A stretch of 10,720 nt of DNA from Neisseria sp. HMSC065D04 (lineage in GTDB: Bacteria; Pseudomonadota; Gammaproteobacteria; Burkholderiales; Neisseriaceae): NCBI RefSeq assembly GCF_001815675.1, contig NZ_KV821528.1, positions 23,798 to 34,517 of the forward strand, read 5' to 3'. The first letter of the stretch is position 1; each line of letters begins with the position of its first letter. The position numbers were made by a program, and so were the translations under genes. Below are positions 1-4,166 of the stretch, piece by piece. Under the pieces are notes generated by a model. The model worked only from the letters and a program-made list of their open reading frames with translations. It did not search any database and was not told the DNA's origin.

Positions 1-32
1 GCCTTGTCCTGATTTAAAGTTAATCCACTATA
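1..32. mobile_element. Terminal inverted repeat of a Correia repeat-enclosed element (CREE), truncated by the window edge
   Basis: Bases 1-32 GCCTTGTCCTGATTTAAAGTTAATCCACTATA are the reverse complement of TATAGTGGATTAACTTTAAATCAGGACAAGGC. This matches the known Correia terminal repeat (TATAGTGGATTAA...ATCAGGACAAGGC) and ends on the TA target dinucleotide. The rest of the element lies outside the window. Confidence 0.75.
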
Positions 33-125
33 AGAACACTGCAACGAGGCGTGCGGACGTTTCGACTTTTTTTGGATTCGAGGCTGATGCCGGAAGTTCA
101 AATTAAAGCCGAATGCCAGTCCGCA

Positions 126-731
126 CTAGAATAGATTGTCGATGACTTCTTTGGATTTGGAAGGAGTCTTAGGTTTCGGCGTCAGCTTAGGTGCCGGCTT
201 GGCTGCTTCGGGTTGGCGTTGTTCGGGTTTTGCCGCGGGTTTGGATTCGGCCGGCTGTTCCGACGGCGTACGTCTGTTGCCTGCTGCGGCGGGTGTGCTG
301 CGCGGCGTTTTTTCTTCGGTATCGGGCGTTTCGGTTACAGCAGGTTTGGCGTTTGCTTTGTTATTGGCGGGTTTGTCTTCTGAGGCTTCGTCCTCAGTCG
401 GGGCGGTGTTGCTGTTTTTGCCGTTTGATTTGTTTTTGGGCGGGATGACGGGATTGCGGGAATCGGTTTTTTCGTCATCGTCAAGCTCGGCTTTGGCGGC
501 AGGCTTGGTTCTGTCCTCTTCGGGAGCGCCGATGGGGCGCCAGACTTCGACAGGGGTGTCTTTGGGAACGGGTTTGTTTTTAATGGCTTCGCGTTCTTGG
601 GAATCGTGGCTTTTGATGGTGCTGATGACGCCGATGACCAAGGCGGCAACGGCAATGATGCAGACGCCGAAAAAGGCTCCGATTAAATGTTTGGGTTTGA
701 GTTGGAATGAGGATTTAGGGGTTTTGGACAT
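126..731 (-). CDS. Bitopic membrane protein with a long Pro/Lys/Glu/Ala-rich disordered C-terminal region; no recognisable domain
   Basis: 201-aa ORF with ATG start and TAG stop. It has a basic N-terminus (MSKTPKSSFQLKPKHL) and one hydrophobic helix (IGAFFGVCIIAVAALVIGVISTI). The following 161 residues contain 25 Pro and 21 Lys by my count. Codon usage is Neisseria-like (GCC, CCC, AAA, GAA, ATC, GGC), and the strand matches the neighbouring genes. No clear Shine-Dalgarno sequence is present. Confidence 0.7.
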   Translation of the reverse strand: MSKTPKSSFQLKPKHLIGAFFGVCIIAVAALVIGVISTIKSHDSQEREAIKNKPVPKDTPVEVWRPIGAPEEDRTKPAAKAELDDDEKTDSRNPVIPPKNKSNGKNSNTAPTEDEASEDKPANNKANAKPAVTETPDTEEKTPRSTPAAAGNRRTPSEQPAESKPAAKPEQRQPEAAKPAPKLTPKPKTPSKSKEVIDNLF

Positions 732-764
732 GATAAATCGGTAAAAATGAAATCAATCGGGCGG

Positions 765-793
765 ATTGTATCGTAATAGGTCGTCTGAAACAA
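765..793 (-). promoter_or_regulatory. Candidate sigma70 promoter for the 126-731 gene, nested in the DUS hairpin
   Basis: On the minus strand: TTGTTT (793-788), a 17-nt spacer, then TACAAT (770-765), about 34 nt upstream of the ATG at 731. This is sequence resemblance only. Confidence 0.25.
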
Positions 794-813
794 AATCAGG
801 TTTCAGACGACCT
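778..813 (-). terminator. Inverted DUS pair forming a hairpin downstream of dolP (putative terminator or attenuator)
   Basis: AGGTCGTCTGAA (778-789) and its perfect complement TTCAGACGACCT (802-813) form a 12-bp stem, extendable to 14 bp. The hairpin lies 19 nt after the dolP stop. There is no U-tract on either side, so termination efficiency is uncertain. Confidence 0.6.
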
Positions 814-831
814 GTCAGTCAAGGGGCAATC

Positions 832-1443
832 CTATGGCTGTTGGGTGTAGTTTTGATACAGGGTAACGACTTTTTGTACGCCCACAGTGGTGCTGACGCG
901 TTGGGTAACTTTTTCTTGTTCTTCAGGCGTCAGGATGCCCATCACATAGGTCACGTTGCCGTAGGTCACGATTTTGACGCGCGCCTGCGTGGTGGGCTTG
1001 AGGCCCAAAAGGGCGGTGCGGACTTTGGATGTGCCCCATGTGTCGTTGGTTACGTCGCCGAAGGTGCGTCCTTGGGGGGCGACGGTGATGTAGTTGTACA
1101 CGCCTTCGGCGGCCTGCTCGGCGCGGGCGATTTGTTCGACGAATTGTTTTTCGCCTTCAGTGGCGACTTGTCCGAGCAGCAGCAGGTGGCGGTTGTAGCC
1201 GACGACGTTGAGTTTGGGGGTGTAACCCTGCGCTTGGTTGTTTTGGCGCAGGTAGGAGCGGGCGGTGGTTTCGACGCGTACCGCCATTACGTTGTCGTCG
1301 GTTTGCGCGCCTGTGGTGCGGCGGTCGACGGCGGATTTAGTGCCGACTGCCGCGCCACCGAGGAGTACGCCGACACAGCCGCTGAGTGTCAGGCTGAGGA
1401 GGAGGGCGGTCAGAACGGGTGCGGTATGACGTTTGATGTTCAT
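832..1443 (-). CDS. dolP: BON-domain outer-membrane lipoprotein DolP/YraP (orthologue of meningococcal GNA2091)
   Basis: 203 aa with a signal peptide and lipobox LSGC (Cys23). The mature part (SAVDRRTTGAQTDDNVMA..., VVGYNRHLLLLGQVATEGEKQF, VKIVTYGNVTYVMGILTPEEQ, VGVQKV.TLYQNY) is near-identical to my recollection of GNA2091/NMB2091. SD AAGGA lies 6 nt upstream of the ATG. Synteny with yraN and the SIS gene matches the E. coli yraN-diaA-dolP cluster. Confidence 0.93.
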   Translation of the reverse strand: MNIKRHTAPVLTALLLSLTLSGCVGVLLGGAAVGTKSAVDRRTTGAQTDDNVMAVRVETTARSYLRQNNQAQGYTPKLNVVGYNRHLLLLGQVATEGEKQFVEQIARAEQAAEGVYNYITVAPQGRTFGDVTNDTWGTSKVRTALLGLKPTTQARVKIVTYGNVTYVMGILTPEEQEKVTQRVSTTVGVQKVVTLYQNYTQQP

Positions 1444-1477
1444 ATTTTTTCCTTGATGATGGGTTCGGCGGATATGT

Positions 1478-1508
1478 TTCAGACGACCTTTAAAAGAGGT
1501 CGTCTGAA
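1478..1508 (-). terminator. Inverted DUS pair forming a hairpin downstream of the SIS-domain gene
   Basis: TTCAGACGACCT (1478-1489), a 7-nt loop, then AGGTCGTCTGAA (1497-1508). The stem is a perfect 12 bp and lies 8 nt after the stop at 1516. No downstream U-tract on the minus strand. Confidence 0.6.
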
Positions 1509-1515
1509 AAAAGGC

Positions 1516-2109
1516 TTACATTCCTTCAAGCAACATGGAGTCGATGCAGTCGCACATGGCGTGTATCAGCAGGATATGGTTTTCCTGAATGCGGGCGGTG
1601 CGCGGGTAGGGGACGTTGAGCAGTACGTCGGTATCTTTGAGCATGGCGGCGATTTTGCCGCCGTCGCGGCCGGTCATGGCGATGACGTGCATATCGCGTT
1701 CGTGTGCCGCTTTGATGGCTTCGATAACGTTGGCGGAGTTGCCGGAGGTAGAGATGCCGACCAAAACGTCGCCGGCACGTCCGAGCGCGCGCACTTGCTT
1801 GCTGAACACATGGTCAAAACCGTAGTCGTTGCCGATGGCGGTCAGCGCGGAAGTGTCCGTCGTCAGCGCGACGGCGGCAAGTTCCATCCGCTCCTTTTCA
1901 AAGCGTCCGGTCATTTCGGCGGCGAAGTGCTGAGCGTCGGCAGCCGAACCGCCGTTGCCGCAGGCTAAAATTTTGCCGTCGTTCATCAGGCATTGCAGCA
2001 TTAATTCCGCTGCTTGAGCAGTCGGCTCGACCAATACTTTTTCGGCTTCCTGCTTGGCAAGGATGCTTTCGGCGAAATGGGCGGCAACGCGCTCTTGTAA
2101 TGTCGTCAT
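1516..2109 (-). CDS. gmhA: SIS-domain phosphoheptose isomerase family protein (GmhA-like, in the syntenic position of E. coli DiaA)
   Basis: 197 aa. Motifs CGNGGS, HFAAEMTGRF, GNDYGFDHVFSKQV, GISTSGNSANVIEAI, MTGRDGGK and ARIQENH are typical of the GmhA/DiaA family. The start lies 4 nt downstream of the yraN stop, which suggests coupling. The gene symbol is tentative (see findings). Confidence 0.85.
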   Translation of the reverse strand: MTTLQERVAAHFAESILAKQEAEKVLVEPTAQAAELMLQCLMNDGKILACGNGGSAADAQHFAAEMTGRFEKERMELAAVALTTDTSALTAIGNDYGFDHVFSKQVRALGRAGDVLVGISTSGNSANVIEAIKAAHERDMHVIAMTGRDGGKIAAMLKDTDVLLNVPYPRTARIQENHILLIHAMCDCIDSMLLEGM

Positions 2110-2113
2110 ATCG

Positions 2114-2461
2114 TCAACCTGTAATATTCTTTATCCATTCGGGCGGGCGGTTTCCTTCTATCAGCACCGCATCGATGCGGCACGCGCTATCCGTCATGCC
2201 GTTTTGTTGCAGATAATACTCCGCAGACCGTTGCAGTTTCAATAACTTAGATGGCGAAATACTGTATGCGGCACCGCCGAAACCCTGATTTTTGCGGTAT
2301 TTTACTTCAACAAACAGAATCATGTTACCGTTTTTGACAATCAAATCGATTTCGCCGTAAGCGCAGTGCCAGTTGCGCGCCACGAGTTTGCAGCCTTGCG
2401 AAAGAAGAAACGCCAGCGCGGTATCTTCGCCCGCCACCCCTTGTTTGTGGTTCAGACGCAT
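2114..2461 (-). CDS. yraN: YraN family protein (UPF0102, predicted endonuclease fold)
   Basis: 115 aa. GEDTALAFLLSQGCKLVARNW....GEIDLIV......FVEVKYR is the characteristic YraN pattern. Position upstream of the SIS gene and dolP matches the E. coli cluster. Confidence 0.9.
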   Translation of the reverse strand: MRLNHKQGVAGEDTALAFLLSQGCKLVARNWHCAYGEIDLIVKNGNMILFVEVKYRKNQGFGGAAYSISPSKLLKLQRSAEYYLQQNGMTDSACRIDAVLIEGNRPPEWIKNITG

Positions 2462-2495
2462 GGAAGTTTACCCCGTATAATATCGTTATATTGTT

Positions 2496-2507
2496 TTCAG
2501 ACGACCT
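2496..2507 (-). repeat. Single DNA uptake sequence (AG-mucDUS dialect, reverse orientation) in the yraN/rsmI divergent spacer
   Basis: TTCAGACGACCT is the exact reverse complement of AGGTCGTCTGAA. It ends 9 nt upstream of the rsmI ATG. Confidence 0.9.
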
Positions 2508-2516
2508 GATAAAGCC

Positions 2517-3404
2517 ATGTTTCAAAAACACCTTCAAAAAGCCGCCGACAGTATTGAAAAACGGACATTATACGTTGTCGCCACGCCCATCGGCAATTTG
2601 GCGGACATCACCCTGCGCGCACTCGCCGTCCTGCAAAAAGCCGACATTATCTGCGCCGAAGATACGCGCGTTACCGCACAGCTTCTGAGCGCATACGGCA
2701 TACAGGGCAAACTCGTCAGCGTGCGCGAGCATAACGAACAGCAAATGGCGGACAAAATCATCAACCATCTTTCAGACGACCTCACTGTCGCACAAGTTTC
2801 CGACGCAGGTACGCCCGCCGTCTGCGATCCGGGTGCGAAACTTGCCCGCCGCGTGCGCGAGGCAGGGTTCAAGGTCGTCCCCGTTGTCGGCGCGAGCGCG
2901 GTCATGGGTGCATTGAGCGTCGCAGGCGTTATCGAACCCAATTTCTACTTCAACGGCTTTCTGCCGCCAAAATCCGGCGAGCGGCAGAAGCTGCTTGCCA
3001 AATGGGCGCAGGCTGATTTCCCCGTCGTGATGTTTGAAACCCCGCACCGCATCGAAGCCACCCTTGCCGACATGGCGGCCCTCTTCCCCGAACGCAGCCT
3101 GACCCTTGCCCGAGAAATCACTAAAACCTTCGAAACCTTCCTCAGCGGCACGGTTACTGAAATTCAGACGACCCTGAAAAACGACGGCAATCAGGCGCGC
3201 GGCGAAATGGTGCTCATCCTCCATCCTGAGCCCCGTGAAAAACACGATACCTTGCCCGATGCCGCCCAAAACGTTATGAAAATCCTCGCTGCCGAACTGC
3301 CTACCAAGCAGGCCGCCGAACTTGCCGCCAAAATTACCGGCGAAGGCAAAAAAGCCTTGTATGATTTGGCGTTGGAGTGGAAACGGGTTTCGGACGACGT
3401 TTGA
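2517..3404 (+). CDS. rsmI: 16S rRNA (cytidine1402-2'-O)-methyltransferase RsmI
   Basis: 295 aa. LYVVATPIGNLADITLRALAVLQ..D.I.AEDTR, VSDAGTP...DPG, VVP.PG, FE.PHR, LARE.TK..E and GEMVLI all align with my recollection of E. coli RsmI (YraL). It is divergent from the yraN cluster, as in E. coli. Confidence 0.95.
   Translation: MFQKHLQKAADSIEKRTLYVVATPIGNLADITLRALAVLQKADIICAEDTRVTAQLLSAYGIQGKLVSVREHNEQQMADKIINHLSDDLTVAQVSDAGTPAVCDPGAKLARRVREAGFKVVPVVGASAVMGALSVAGVIEPNFYFNGFLPPKSGERQKLLAKWAQADFPVVMFETPHRIEATLADMAALFPERSLTLAREITKTFETFLSGTVTEIQTTLKNDGNQARGEMVLILHPEPREKHDTLPDAAQNVMKILAAELPTKQAAELAAKITGEGKKALYDLALEWKRVSDDV
2771..2782 (-). repeat. Perfect DUS inside the rsmI coding sequence
   Basis: TTCAGACGACCT, read in frame as L-S-D-D-L. 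Confidence 0.9.
3163..3174 (-). repeat. Near-perfect DUS (11/12) inside the rsmI coding sequence
   Basis: TTCAGACGACCC, read in a different frame as I-Q-T-T-L. Confidence 0.8.
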
Positions 3405-3421
3405 AGGTGGGGTCGTCTGAA
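3389..3421 (+). terminator. Imperfect DUS-derived hairpin straddling the rsmI stop codon
   Basis: TTCGGACGAC (3389-3398) pairs with GTCGTCTGAA (3412-3421). This gives 10 bp in RNA, including one G-U wobble. The 13-nt loop contains the TGA stop (3402-3404). It is followed by AAAAGAGG and has no U-tract, so it is probably a weak terminator. Confidence 0.45.
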
Positions 3422-3583
3422 AAAGAGGGAAGGGCAGTTGTTGAATGATGATGGTATTAATGTGGGTTATGTCCTGAATCACAGAATATTCTGCGAAAAG
3501 AAAATCCGCCAAAGACTTGCCTGATTTTTATCGTTTTATTTTAAACGAAATAAAACAGAAACCCTTATAAAGCCTGATGGTGA

Positions 3584-3617
3584 AGGTCGTCTGAAACGTT
3601 CAGACGACCTGCTTTTA
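3584..3617 (+). terminator. Inverted DUS pair plus T-run: likely intrinsic terminator closing the rsmI transcription unit
   Basis: AGGTCGTCTGAA (3584-3595), loop ACG, then TTCAGACGACCT (3599-3610), followed by GCTTTTA. This is a perfect 12-bp stem with a short U-tract on the plus strand. Confidence 0.7.
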
Positions 3618-3677
3618 GAATCAAGATGAAAATATTGAAAATTCTGCAATCTAATGTCTGTAATTGTATGTAATGCG

Positions 3678-3686
3678 TGATATAAT
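3678..3686 (+). promoter_or_regulatory. Candidate extended -10 promoter of the atp operon
   Basis: TGaTATAAT (TG at 3678-3679, TATAAT at 3681-3686) matches the TGnTATAAT consensus. No good -35 is present (CTGTAA at 17-nt spacing). The A/T-rich stretch at 3623-3656 could act as an UP element. Confidence 0.5.
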
Positions 3687-3693
3687 GCGAACT

Positions 3694-3716
3694 CTTTGCC
3701 TTACGTTAAGGCAAAG
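3694..3716 (+). promoter_or_regulatory. 23-nt near-perfect palindrome at the predicted atp transcript 5' end (5' stem-loop or operator)
   Basis: CTTTGCCTTA-CGT-TAAGGCAAAG forms a perfect 10-bp stem with a 3-nt loop. It starts about 8 nt after the -10 hexamer. Confidence 0.5.
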
Positions 3717-3722
3717 TCGGAT

Positions 3723-4166
3723 ATGAACTCACAAAGATTAACATATTGCTTGACGTTCATAGGCTTCTTGATTATATTTAGCCTCGCATTACTGTCGGGA
3801 TCTCCCGTTTTTATGAAGCAGATTCTCATCTTACAAATTCTGGTTTTGACAGCGGTTGCGCTGATTAGCGCCGCATTTTCAGGTTTGGCAGGATTTTGGT
3901 CTGCTGTCGCAGGCGGGTTTTCCTATCTTATTCCCTCCGCTTTCGCAGTTTTACTTTTAAAACTTTCCAAGTGTAACCCTTTGTATCATGGTAAAGCGTT
4001 CATTATTGGGGAAGTTTTAAAAGTAGTGCTGTCGCTGGTAATGATGCTTGCCGTATTCGCAGTTTGGCATCAGTCTTTGATATTCTTTCCGTTCTTGTTC
4101 GGATTGCTCGGTGTCAGCCATTTGGTTTTTTTAGTATTGTTGAGAGTGAAGCATTATGGCAGGTGA
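3723..4166 (+). CDS. atpI: ATP synthase protein I (AtpI); start codon uncertain (3723 or 3813; the TTG at 3696 is unlikely)
   Basis: Small, very hydrophobic protein directly upstream of and overlapping atpB. From MKQILILQILV... onward it is collinear with E. coli AtpI as I recall it (LLLVQLLVV..., FGEAFKVL...). The stop coordinate is firm. Confidence 0.65.
   Translation: MNSQRLTYCLTFIGFLIIFSLALLSGSPVFMKQILILQILVLTAVALISAAFSGLAGFWSAVAGGFSYLIPSAFAVLLLKLSKCNPLYHGKAFIIGEVLKVVLSLVMMLAVFAVWHQSLIFFPFLFGLLGVSHLVFLVLLRVKHYGR

Noticed and set aside
51-126. 8-bp inverted repeat GTGCGGAC (51-58) / GTCCGCAC (119-126) flanking the 3' region of the 126-731 gene
   Set aside because: The arms are 60 nt apart with only patchy pairing between them. 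There is no U-tract in the right orientation, so it is not convincing as a terminator and may be chance in GC-rich DNA.
136-744. 202-aa plus-strand ORF almost exactly mirroring the 126-731 gene
   Set aside because: This is an antisense shadow frame of a GC-rich, low-complexity gene. Its Gly/Leu/Ser/Ala-rich product has no features, and it runs against the orientation of the surrounding operon and hairpins. The minus-strand frame has a clean TM helix and native codon usage.
1074-1079. Homopolymer tracts as possible phase-variation switches (G6 in dolP at 1074-1079, T7 at 66-72, A7 in atpH at 5918-5924)
   Set aside because: These tracts are shorter than those that typically drive phase variation in Neisseria. 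Two of them sit in core or essential genes where on/off switching is implausible.
766-1968. 400-aa plus-strand ORF, the second longest in the left half
   Set aside because: It runs antisense through dolP and the SIS gene, both recognisable conserved proteins. It also crosses two intergenic DUS hairpins. Its Gly/Ala/Val/Asp/Arg-rich composition is typical of an open antisense frame in GC-rich DNA.
2450-2462. DUS-like string at the yraN start codon (CATGCGTCTGAAC on the minus strand)
   Set aside because: Only the 8-mer CGTCTGAA is shared, and the upstream core bases differ from every dialect. It simply encodes M-R-L-N, so it is most likely coincidence.
3445-3477. 10-codon Met-rich mini-ORF ATGATGATGGTATTAATGTGGGTTATGTCCTGA (MMMVLMWVMS)
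   Set aside because: It is too short to evaluate, has no downstream gene that it could regulate as a leader peptide, and overlaps the other weak small-ORF candidate in a different frame.
2534-3512. Minus-strand ORFs (2772-3512, 2534-2941, 2945-3151) overlapping rsmI
   Set aside because: They lie antisense to a confidently identified rsmI. The longest uses a TTG start in the spacer, and none has recognisable motifs.
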